From an uncultured Candidatus Binatia bacterium (GTDB lineage: Bacteria > Desulfobacterota > Binatia > HRBIN30): 64,000 nt of DNA. Position 1 is the first letter of the stretch. The number at the start of each line of letters is the position of its first letter. Under the pieces are notes generated by a model, which did no database searches, was not told where the DNA came from, and worked only from the letters and a program-made list of their open reading frames with translations. The DNA lies in the NCBI GenBank assembly GCA_964524885.1, contig CAZGEJ010000008.1, forward strand, positions 53,462-117,461. Direction: 5' to 3'. A program made the position numbers and the translations under genes. Of the stretch, positions 1 to 8,617 are shown in pieces.

Positions 1-3000
1 TCGACGTCCTTGACGAAGCCGATCCGGTCGGCGGCATGGCCGAGCAATTCGACGTCGTTGCCGCGAATGGTCGAGTCGGTGATCGTCATCGCGAGGTCTT
101 CGCGGTTGACGAGGAACTCGCAGCCGAACGGATCGCTGAAGCACGCCACCGGATCGCCGATGAGCTCGACCATCTCGTCGAGCAGCTGATCCAACGTCTC
201 CTCGAAGAAGGCCTGCAGAACCGCTTGGTCGCCCTCGGCCGCGGCCAGCTCTTCGAGGTCGAGGTCGAAGGTCAGGTCTTCGTTCTCGACGGTGATGTCG
301 ATATCGCCGGCGCGGTGCGAACTGCCCTCTTCCACGTGGGCCAGGATCTCGGCACCGGTGATCGTGACATTGAGGCCGCGGAGGAACATCGGCCCGGAAT
401 CGCCGATCGACGCATCGTTGAGCGGATCGGTGCCGGCGATGTTGCGGGTCGACAGCACGCCGGTTGAGGTGATCTCCAGGTCGACGTCGGCCTCGACGTC
501 GATTTCGCCGCCAAGCGTGAGAAGATCGCCGAAGGTCAGCTGGTCGACGATGTCGAGGGCATCATCGACGCTGTCGATCCCGAGGAAGTCGGCGATCGGC
601 GTGATCACCGACATCAGGTCGAAGTTGCCGATCGTATTGAGCACGCCGGTGACGGCGTCCAAGCCCGCGACCTGCAACAAGACGCTGAGGGAGACGCCGC
701 CGACGCTGGCGCCGAGGACGTCGTCGATATCGAGGGCGCCGATGATGTCGATCAGGTCGTCGAGGTTGAAGTCGCCGCTATCGGTCTGCAACTTGCCGCT
801 GATGACGACGTCGCCCGAGGTGGCGACGCCCTCTTTCTCGTCGGCGTCGATATCGATGTTGCCGTCGGGGATGAGGAGGTCTCCGAGTACCATGCTGCCG
901 GCGTCGGCATAGAGGGTGGCGCCGTTCTCGACGACGACGCGGCCGCCTTCGAGGTCGATGGTGCCACCGTCGGCGGTGACCGTCACGCCGTTCGGCACGG
1001 TGATCGTGCCGCCGGCGTCGAGTTCGACGTTGCCCTCGGACCCGAGGAGTTCCTCGAAGGCGAACTCTTGGAGGAACTCCACGAGTTCTTCCAGCGTGAT
1101 GGTGCGCTCGCCGGTGATGAGGCCGGCGAGGTCGAGGCTCACGTTGCTCTCGGTCGCGAGCAGGTTCGAGTTGGTCGTCAGATTGTCGCCCGCGGTACCG
1201 CGGATGTTCTCCGCCTCGACGAGAAGGCCCGCATTGATGGTGATGTCGCTGCCGGCTTCCAGCTCGATGTACCCGTCCGGAGCGTAGAGATCGGTCCTCA
1301 CCGTCAAGTCGTCGTCCGCCAGCATGCGGATGTTGCCGCCGTCGAGCGGCGCCAAATCGATCAGCACCTGGCTCAGGTTGGCGCCCGAACTGATCTGAAT
1401 GTCCTGCGCGTAGAGATTGACGTTGCTCGGGATGCTGACGTCGTTGCCGCCATGCAGGTAGACGTCGTGAGCGAAGCCGCCGCCGTCGGTGTCGACGACC
1501 GAGATCGTCCGGCCCGGGTTGATCGACAGCAGGCCGGTCGTCGTCGACACCTTGATGTCGCCATCGGTGACGATCAGGTCGATCGGCACGTTCTGTGCCA
1601 CGCCTGAAGTCCAATCGAGGCTACCGGCGTAGTACTTGAAACCCGGCGCCGCAAGGTCGATGCCGTTGCCGGCGGTAATCTTCAGCAGGGCTCCATCGTC
1701 GTCGACCGCGGGTCGCTCGACCTGCAAGGTCACGTTGCTGCCCGGATCGACCATACCGGTGCGCGCCGTCAGCGTCATGGCGCTCGGATTGCCGCCGCCA
1801 TCGGTGTCGAGGGTATCGAGGGTGATGCCGTTGGCCAGGGTGAGATTCCCGCCGGCCGTCAGCTTCATCGTGCCGTCCTTGGCGTTCAGGCTGAAGGGCA
1901 CGTCGAGGTTGACGCCCGACTCGAAGTCGATGCTGCCCGCCGTGTGAACCAGATTGGCAAGAGGCAGGCCGGTGCCACCGTAGAGGCGCAGGCGTCCGCC
2001 GTCATTGGTACGGGCCGCGGTTTCGGCTTCCAGGGTGACGCGACTGACCAGCGACAGCAAGCCGTCGGCCTCGAGCGTCAGGTTGCCCGAGTTGCCGCTA
2101 CCGTCGCTATCGAGGGTACTGAGCCTGGTGACGTCGTCGTCGAAGGTCAGGTCGCCGCCGACGACGATCGACATCGAACCGTCGGGGGTATTGAGGTTGT
2201 AGGGGACCTCCCACGCGGCGCCGGACTCGATATCCATGCTGCCGGCCTTGATCGAGGTGTTGTCGGCGGTGCTCAGGGTACCGCCAGCATGCAGGATCAG
2301 GTGGCCGCCGTCGTTGTTGCGATCGCTGCGTTCGGCCAGCACTTGCACGGCGGAGGCGAGGGTCAGATTGCCGCCGGCGTCGATGGTGAGGTCGCCGGCA
2401 TCGCCGCTACCGTCGGTGTCGCGGGTCGACAGCGTGATGCCTGTCGCCGTGGTGATGTTGCCGCCCGCCTCGATCTCGAGGTTTTTGTCGAGGGCGCTCA
2501 GGCTGAAAGGCAGGTGAATGCTGCCGGTGCCCGCATCGAACTCCATACCGCCGGCTTGCAGGTCGAGGGTGCTGGGGAACGAGATGCCCGAGGCGGAACG
2601 AAGGCGCACGTATCCACCGTCGTTGACCAGCGCCGAGTCTTCGGCATCGAGCACGGCACCGGTTTGGATCGTCACGGTGCCGCCGTTGGCGAAGAGTTCG
2701 ATGTTGCCGGCCTGCTCCTCATGGTCGTCGGTACGCAGGATCTTGCCAGCGTTGACGGTGATGTTGCCCCCGACGTCGGTCTCGATGTTGCCGTCGGAGG
2801 GGAGCAGGTCGCGCAGGAGGATGTCGGGCACGATGCCGCGCAGGCTGTCGTTGAGATCGTCGAGCCCGAGGAGGTCGAGGATCGCTTGGGCACCCGGAAT
2901 GTCCGAGGTCACGACGTCGACGCCGAGATCGGTCAGGGTGAAGAAATGGGAGGCCTCGAGAACATCGAGGAGGGTGGTGAAGCCGAGAGCATCACGCAGA

Positions 3001-6000
3001 TCGTTGAGGCTGGCACCGTTGTCGATGCCGGAGAGCCAATCGCTCAGGCTGATCTTGCCGCTGACGAGTTCGGACAGGGTCAACGAGTCCGGCAAACCGA
3101 TGAGGTCGCCGACGCCCGCTTCCTTGGCAGCCTGACCGACCAGCGAGAGGTCGAGTTCGACGTCGAGGCCGCCGTCGCGGATCAACTCACCTAGATCGAA
3201 GTCGGGGATGAGGTTGATGTAGTCGCCGACGGTGACCTCGTTGGCGATGGTGACCAGGTTGCCGTTGATGACGAGGTTGCCACCAGCCGACAGCTCCATG
3301 CTGCCGCTGTGATCGAGGAGATCGTGCAACCCGTAGACGGTGTCGCTGGCCGTCAGGTTGGCGTTGATCGTCAGGTTGCCGCCGGCGTCGAGGATGATCT
3401 GGTTGCGCGTCGTATCGATCGCGCTGCCGACCGTGACGTCGCCGTCCGCGGTGCCCTTGAAGGAGTGCCCGTCGATGTCGACCCCGGCTTGGATGACCAA
3501 GGTATCGGTGGCGTTGTCGGTGTCGTCATCGATCGTATCGATGCCGATGGCGCCCCAGACGGAGCCCCAATAGAGATCGCTGAGCGAGGGATCCGGCTCA
3601 CTTCCGTAGCCGTCGAAGCCGGCGAGCACGGTGATGTCGCCGCTGGTCGCCTGCAGATCGTTGCTGACGACGATGCCGTCGCCGGCGCGCAGGCTGATGT
3701 CGCCGCCGCGCGCGACCAGGTCGATGGGGACATTGAGGCTCGTTCCCGAACCGATGTCGATACCTTCGGCGAACAGCGTCAGGTTCGAGGGCAGCGAGAC
3801 GCCGGTGTTGCCGAAGAGCGTCACGTCGCCCGCCGGACTGCCCGGGTCCCCATCCGTATCCTCGGTCGACAGGGTCCGGCCGCTCGGCACGGTCAAGGTG
3901 CCGGCGGTGGTGATCTCCAGATCGCCGTCGGGGGTGCGCAGATCGACGGGGACGGTCCACGAAGCGCCGGTGGCGACGTTGAGGCTACCCGCCGTGATCG
4001 TCATCGTATTCGGCGTCGTCAATGCGCCCCCGGCCTGCACCGTGAGCTTGCCACCGTCATCGACGCGCCCGGTATGTTGCGTCAGCAGGCTGGTGTTGGC
4101 ACCGAAGGAAATCGCATCTCCTGCCTCCAGGGTCAGGTCGCCGGCGTTACCGCCCGCCGGATCGATGGTCGAGAGAGCGACGTTGGCGTTGACGGTGATG
4201 TCTTCGGCGGCCACGAGCTCGAGATCGCCGTCCGTCGCCGTCAAGCTGAGGGGGACGGTGAGGCTGGCACCCGATTCGATGTCGATCGCGCCCGCCGCGA
4301 ACGTCATGCTGCTTGGCAGGGTCACGCCCGAGGGGCCGTGCAGGATGACGCTGGCGCCATCACCGGCCTCGGCACTCTGATCGGCACGCAGGATCACGCC
4401 GGAGTTGACGATGACGCTGCCGCTGAAGTCGCCCGGATCATGGATCGAGATGCCCGCCCGCAGTTCGATGTTGCCGGACTGGTCGGTGTCGGTAGTATCG
4501 AGGGTCCTGCTCGAGCTGACCGTGACATTGCCGCGTCCCCAGACCTCGATGTTGCCATCGGAGGGGATCAGATCGCGGACGACCACGTGGGGGATGATGT
4601 CTTCGACGGGGATTTCGAAATCCATGCCGAAGGTATTCGTACCGTCGAAGAAGATCGAGTAGAGCGGTTCGAGAAGGTCGCGCAGCGGATCGATGGCGGC
4701 TTCGTTGAGAATGTCGACGAGGGTGCGATCGCCGAGGGCGGTGCGGGCATCATTCATCGAAGGAGTGCCCGGCAGGATGTCGCCGATGAGGTCTTCGACG
4801 GTGAACTGCCCTTCGATGAGGTCGGCGAGATTGACGCTGTCGGGCAGGTCGACGGTATCGAGGTTGCCGAGCAAGTCGAGGACGCTGTTGAGCGTATCTT
4901 CGACGCCGGTTAGGTCGACCTCGATGTCGAGATCGACGAGCTGGGCTAGGTCGTAGTCGCCATAGGCGGCGAGGTAACTCGACAGGCTGATCTCGTCGGC
5001 CGAGGTCGTCAGGTTGCCGTTGATGGTGACGGATCCTCCGGAGTCGATGTCGATGCTGCCACTCGAAACGCCCAGGTCGGTGAGACCGTGCGTGCCGTCG
5101 GAGGCGTTGAGGGTGCCGCTGATGTCGACGTTGCCGCCGGCGTCGAGGTCGATGGCATAGCGCGTGGCGGTCAGCGAGCCGTCGATGTCGAGGCCGTTAC
5201 CCGCGACCAGGGTGATGCCGGTTCCGCTCAGGTCCGCGCCCGTGCTGAGGTTGAGCGACCCCCCCGACGATGCGTACACGGAGCCATTGGTCGCCGCGAG
5301 GTCGACCGGGATGGTGAAGTCACCACTGCCGGTGGAAGCGAGGCTGAAGCTCCTGCCCCGGACGAGGCTCGTGCTCGGGATGGTGATGGACGACCCCTGG
5401 AGGGTGACCGTACCGTCGCCGGTGCTACCGTCCGAGTTCAGGGCCGACAGATCGACTCCGGTATTGAGTGTCAGGGCGCCGCCAGCGGTGACGCGAATGT
5501 CACCGTCCGGAGCCGTCAAGTCGTACGTCAGGGTCAAGGCGCCGCCCGAGGCGAGGTCGTACGAACCACCGTCGAGTGTCAGCCCCGTGCCGAGGGAAAG
5601 CGTTGCATCGGAAAGGAGGGAGATTTTGTTCCCATCGTTGGCGGCGCTGCCGTTGGCGTCGAGCGTGACGCCGTTGCCGATCGTCAGGTTTCCGACCGCA
5701 TCGAGGGTCAGGGCGCCGGCGGTACCGCCGCCATCGTCGAGGGTGGTCAGCGAGCGACCGTCGGGCACGCTCAGCGCCCCACCCACTACGATCGAGATGC
5801 CGCCGTCTTCGGCCGCCATGTCGAACGGAATCGTCAGATCGCTGGCCGAGGTGATTTGGTAAGCGCCGGCATCGATCGTCGTCGAGGCCGGCAGGGTCAG
5901 CGTGCCGCCGGCCAACAGGGCGACGGTGCCGCCGTTGTTGGCCCCGGGGCGATCCGCGTCGAGGGTGACCGATTCTTCGAGCAGGATGTGACCGCCGGCG

Positions 6001-8528
6001 GTGAGTCGGATCGAGCCGGCGGTGCCCGTCGTCGGAACGGTCGACAGCGTCACACCATCGAGAATCGCCAGGTCGCCTTTGACACTGATTTCGATGTCGC
6101 CGCTGGGGCTGAACATGTTGAAGGGGATGGTGAACCCGGCGAGCGACTCGAAGTCGAAGCTCCCGGCCACCGGGGTAAGGGTCGTCGGCGCAATCAATTC
6201 GCCGCCCGCGAGGAGCGACAGCTTGCCACCCAGGTCGGAGGTCGCGGCGTTACGCGCCACCAGATCGACGCCGCTGCCGAGAGTGAGGTCGATGCCGGCT
6301 TGCAGGGTGAGATCGTTCGAGCGACCGCCGCCGTCACTGTCGAGGGTCGACAGGTCGACGTTGTCGGACAGGGTCAGTCCCTCGGCGCTGTAGATGCGCA
6401 GGTCGCCGTCCGGCGTCGCAATGCTGTTGGTGATGGTCAACGCCCTGCCCGACTCGATGTCCAAGCTGCCGGCGTCGAGGGTGGTGGAGGACGGCAGGGT
6501 CAGTGCGCCGTCGGCGTGGATCGACACGGCGCCGCCGTCGTTGGTCGCGCTGCCGTTGGCGTCGATCGTCATGCCCGTGCCGAGGGTGAGGGCGCCCGTG
6601 GCGTCGAGAGTGATGTTGCCGGCGACGCCGCCCGCCGCGTCGACGGTGTTGACGGTCGTACCGTTGCTGAAGCTGAGGTCGCCGCGGACATGCACCTCGA
6701 TCGCACCATCGGGAGCCACGAGGTTGAACGGGATGAGCAGACTGGCGCCGGTGTCGATATCGATGCTGCCGGCGTCGAGGACGAGATTGACCGGTACGAG
6801 CAACTCGTCACCTGCGTTGAGCGTCACTTTGGCGCCGTCGTTGTTGGCACTGCCGTTGGCATCGATCGAGGCACCGGACTCGAGCGTCAGGTCGCCAGCG
6901 GCTTCGAGGCTCAGGGTGCCGGCGGTTCCCCCGGCACTATCGACCGTCGACAAGCTAGTATCGCTGGCGATCGTCAGGTTTTGGCCGCTCTTGATGGAAA
7001 TCGAACCATCCGGTGCGACCAAATCGATGGCGAAGCGCAGCGATGCGCCCGACTGGAGGGCGAACGAGCCACCTTCGAGCGTCATGTCGGCGGCGAGGTT
7101 CAAGGCATCGCCAGCCTTCAGAGTCACGGCACCGCCGTCGTTGGTCGAGGCCGAGTCGGCATCCAAGGTGGCCCCGCTGGCGATCGTCAAATCGTCACCG
7201 GCTTCGAGCGTGAGCGCACCGGCACGATCGCCGACGTTGGCGTCGGTGGTCAGCACTTGGCTGCCGCTGCCGATGGTGATGTCGTCGCCTGCCTTGAGGG
7301 TGAGGCTGCCCGCATTCTGTCCGGCGGTGGCATTGGAGGTGCGCAGGTCCGAGCCGCTGGCGACGGCGATCGAACCGGAGACGAACCACGACTCGCTGGC
7401 GCCGCCGGTATTGTAGCTCCCCGAGAGCTGCAGCAGGTCGACGTCGAGTTCGATGCCGGCGATGCCCGACACACCGGCCCCGCCGGTGAGCAGCGGCGTC
7501 GAGAAATCGAGGGAACCGCCGTTGCCGATTTGGAACGACGTATTTGCCATGGCGGCGCTGTCGACCGCCTCGACCGTGACGTTGCCGCCCGACTTCGAGC
7601 CCTTGGCGCGGGTGGCGATTTTGGCGCCGCCGCTGAGGCTGACTTCGTCCGCCTCGATGCGGATGTTGCCGCCGTCGACGGTATTGGACGCATCGCTGGC
7701 GATCGTACCGGAGACGCTGATGTCGTCCTCGGCGAGAATGACGATGTCGCCGTTCTCGACGGCGATTTGCGCGCCCGACGCGTAGCTGTTGGTGTTGACG
7801 ACGTCGGAGAAGCTCGGCGCGGTACCGGTGAAGACGGCACCCGATTGGATGGTGCCGGTGTGTTGAACGGCACCGGCATCGATGCGCACGTCGCCGATGG
7901 CGTTGACGGTACCGTCGATACGAACGACGCCGCGATCGTCGATCGGGGTGGTACCGAGCAGCACCTTACGCGCCTCGCTGTCACGCGGTGTCGTTCCGTC
8001 GAAGAAATCGTCGACGAAGTCCTTCGTCGAGGTGGCGACGGACAAGGTGCCGACGTTGACGACACCGCCGGAGCCGACGACGAAGCCGTTGGGGTTGGCG
8101 AAGTAGACGTTGCCGCCGATTTGCCCGCCCTTGATCGAATTGAGCACGCCGTGGATGTCGGTCTTTTCGTCGGTGACGATGTTGAGGAGGTTCTTGGTCG
8201 TACCTGGCAGGTGAAGATTGACCACCTTGCCGGTGTTGACGTCGAACCGGGTGAACGAGTTGAAGGCGTTGTCGCCGTTGACCGTGGTCGTCGTGACGTC
8301 GGTCACGTTGCCGGAGGTCGCGAACGAAGTGCCGGTGCGTCCGTCCGTCGCCATCGAGCCGTCGGCGCTGACGACCTGTGCCAGGGTGACGCTGCACAGG
8401 TGCGACAAGATGACGGTCGAGACCAGGGCTTGGCGGAGGATCTCGCGACGCAGGCGGCGCATGGTCCGACGCCGCCGCGCCGCTTGGCGCAATCGCAGCA
8501 ACTCTGTCGTTCGACGTCCTTCCACCAT
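1..8528 (-). CDS. Giant TpsA-like filamentous haemagglutinin family exoprotein (two-partner secretion substrate), partial; the 3' end lies beyond the window start
   Basis: Manual reverse-complement translation from ATG at 8528 gives MVEGRRTTELLRLRQAARRRRTMRRLRREILRQALVSTVILSHLCSVTLAQVV..., an extended Arg-rich signal peptide. The TPS-domain motifs follow: GDNAFNSFTRFDVNTGKVVNL, LLNIVTD, GGNVYFANPNGFVVGSGGVVNVGTLSVAT (matching NW.SFNIG / LNRV / NG.VFLINPNGI.FG / VNVG.L.AST of the haemagg_act domain). After that come long Gly/Asp/Thr/Leu-rich beta-helical repeats. The frame stays open to position 1. No listed minus-strand ORF shares this frame, and an open-ended ORF would not be reported by a stop-requiring ORF finder. 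An alternative start is the in-frame ATG at 8462 (MRRLRREI...). Confidence 0.8.
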   Translation of the reverse strand, partial: MVEGRRTTELLRLRQAARRRRTMRRLRREILRQALVSTVILSHLCSVTLAQVVSADGSMATDGRTGTSFATSGNVTDVTTTTVNGDNAFNSFTRFDVNTGKVVNLHLPGTTKNLLNIVTDEKTDIHGVLNSIKGGQIGGNVYFANPNGFVVGSGGVVNVGTLSVATSTKDFVDDFFDGTTPRDSEARKVLLGTTPIDDRGVVRIDGTVNAIGDVRIDAGAVQHTGTIQSGAVFTGTAPSFSDVVNTNSYASGAQIAVENGDIVILAEDDISVSGTIASDASNTVDGGNIRIEADEVSLSGGAKIATRAKGSKSGGNVTVEAVDSAAMANTSFQIGNGGSLDFSTPLLTGGAGVSGIAGIELDVDLLQLSGSYNTGGASESWFVSGSIAVASGSDLRTSNATAGQNAGSLTLKAGDDITIGSGSQVLTTDANVGDRAGALTLEAGDDLTIASGATLDADSASTNDGGAVTLKAGDALNLAADMTLEGGSFALQSGASLRFAIDLVAPDGSISIKSGQNLTIASDTSLSTVDSAGGTAGTLSLEAAGDLTLESGASIDANGSANNDGAKVTLNAGDELLVPVNLVLDAGSIDIDTGASLLIPFNLVAPDGAIEVHVRGDLSFSNGTTVNTVDAAGGVAGNITLDATGALTLGTGMTIDANGSATNDGGAVSIHADGALTLPSSTTLDAGSLDIESGRALTITNSIATPDGDLRIYSAEGLTLSDNVDLSTLDSDGGGRSNDLTLQAGIDLTLGSGVDLVARNAATSDLGGKLSLLAGGELIAPTTLTPVAGSFDFESLAGFTIPFNMFSPSGDIEISVKGDLAILDGVTLSTVPTTGTAGSIRLTAGGHILLEESVTLDADRPGANNGGTVALLAGGTLTLPASTTIDAGAYQITSASDLTIPFDMAAEDGGISIVVGGALSVPDGRSLTTLDDGGGTAGALTLDAVGNLTIGNGVTLDANGSAANDGNKISLLSDATLSLGTGLTLDGGSYDLASGGALTLTYDLTAPDGDIRVTAGGALTLNTGVDLSALNSDGSTGDGTVTLQGSSITIPSTSLVRGRSFSLASTGSGDFTIPVDLAATNGSVYASSGGSLNLSTGADLSGTGITLVAGNGLDIDGSLTATRYAIDLDAGGNVDISGTLNASDGTHGLTDLGVSSGSIDIDSGGSVTINGNLTTSADEISLSSYLAAYGDYDLAQLVDLDIEVDLTGVEDTLNSVLDLLGNLDTVDLPDSVNLADLIEGQFTVEDLIGDILPGTPSMNDARTALGDRTLVDILNEAAIDPLRDLLEPLYSIFFDGTNTFGMDFEIPVEDIIPHVVVRDLIPSDGNIEVWGRGNVTVSSSRTLDTTDTDQSGNIELRAGISIHDPGDFSGSVIVNSGVILRADQSAEAGDGASVILHGPSGVTLPSSMTFAAGAIDIESGASLTVPLSLTATDGDLELVAAEDITVNANVALSTIDPAGGNAGDLTLEAGDAISFGANTSLLTQHTGRVDDGGKLTVQAGGALTTPNTMTITAGSLNVATGASWTVPVDLRTPDGDLEITTAGTLTVPSGRTLSTEDTDGDPGSPAGDVTLFGNTGVSLPSNLTLFAEGIDIGSGTSLNVPIDLVARGGDISLRAGDGIVVSNDLQATSGDITVLAGFDGYGSEPDPSLSDLYWGSVWGAIGIDTIDDDTDNATDTLVIQAGVDIDGHSFKGTADGDVTVGSAIDTTRNQIILDAGGNLTINANLTASDTVYGLHDLLDHSGSMELSAGGNLVINGNLVTIANEVTVGDYINLIPDFDLGELIRDGGLDVELDLSLVGQAAKEAGVGDLIGLPDSLTLSELVSGKISLSDWLSGIDNGASLNDLRDALGFTTLLDVLEASHFFTLTDLGVDVVTSDIPGAQAILDLLGLDDLNDSLRGIVPDILLRDLLPSDGNIETDVGGNITVNAGKILRTDDHEEQAGNIELFANGGTVTIQTGAVLDAEDSALVNDGGYVRLRSASGISFPSTLDLQAGGMEFDAGTGSIHLPFSLSALDKNLEIEAGGNITTATGITLSTRDTDGSGDAGDLTIDAGGNLTLASAVQVLAERSDRNNDGGHLILHAGGTLSTADNTSIKAGSMDIESGAAWEVPYNLNTPDGSMSIVVGGDLTFDDDVTRLSTLDSDGSGNSGNLTLEADGLLSLVSRVTLEAETAARTNDGGRLRLYGGTGLPLANLVHTAGSIDFESGVNLDVPFSLNAKDGTMKLTAGGNLTLANGITLDTLDTDGGGNPSAMTLTARTGMVDPGSNVTLQVERPAVDDDGALLKITAGNGIDLAAPGFKYYAGSLDWTSGVAQNVPIDLIVTDGDIKVSTTTGLLSINPGRTISVVDTDGGGFAHDVYLHGGNDVSIPSNVNLYAQDIQISSGANLSQVLIDLAPLDGGNIRMLADDDLTVRTDLYAPDGYIELEAGSDITINAGLLVEAENIRGTAGDNLTTNSNLLATESNVSLDLAGLITGERTITLEELVEFLQEFAFEELLGSEGNVELDAGGTITVPNGVTVTADGGTIDLEGGRVVVENGATLYADAGSMVLGDLLIPDGNIDIDADEKEGVATSGDVVISGKLQTDSGDFNLDDLIDIIGALDIDDVLGASVGGVSLSVLLQVAGLDAVTGVLNTIGNFDLMSVITPIADFLGIDSVDDALDIVDQLTFGDLLTLGGEIDVEADVDLEITSTGVLSTRNIAGTDPLNDASIGDSGPMFLRGLNVTITGAEILAHVEEGSSHRAGDIDITVENEDLTFDLDLEELAAAEGDQAVLQAFFEETLDQLLDEMVELIGDPVACFSDPFGCEFLVNREDLAMTITDSTIRGNDVELLGHAADRIGFVKDV

Positions 8529-8530
8529 AG

Positions 8531-8538
8531 CCCCCCCC
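8531..8538 (-). repeat. Homopolymeric G8 tract (C8 on the plus strand) 2 nt upstream of the tpsA ATG, within or replacing the Shine-Dalgarno region
   Basis: Plus strand reads ...ccaccatag cccccccc tg...; on the minus strand this is caGGGGGGGGctATGgtg. Confidence 0.7.
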
Positions 8539-8617
8539 TGTCGCTCGATCGTCGTGCTCATGGATCCGAAATCCCGATTGGTCTTCGTCGCTAGGCTGGC
8601 GTCACGCATGATCGTCC

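Noticed and set aside
36-8594. Long plus-strand ORFs (e.g. 5088..8594 1168 aa, 1944..3194, 3309..4913, 1068..1607)
   Set aside because: They are antisense to the TpsA gene. Their composition is biased to G/A/V/D/R, typical of reverse-strand translation of high-GC DNA. They have no signal peptides or motifs, and the minus-strand frame gives a coherent TPS-domain protein.
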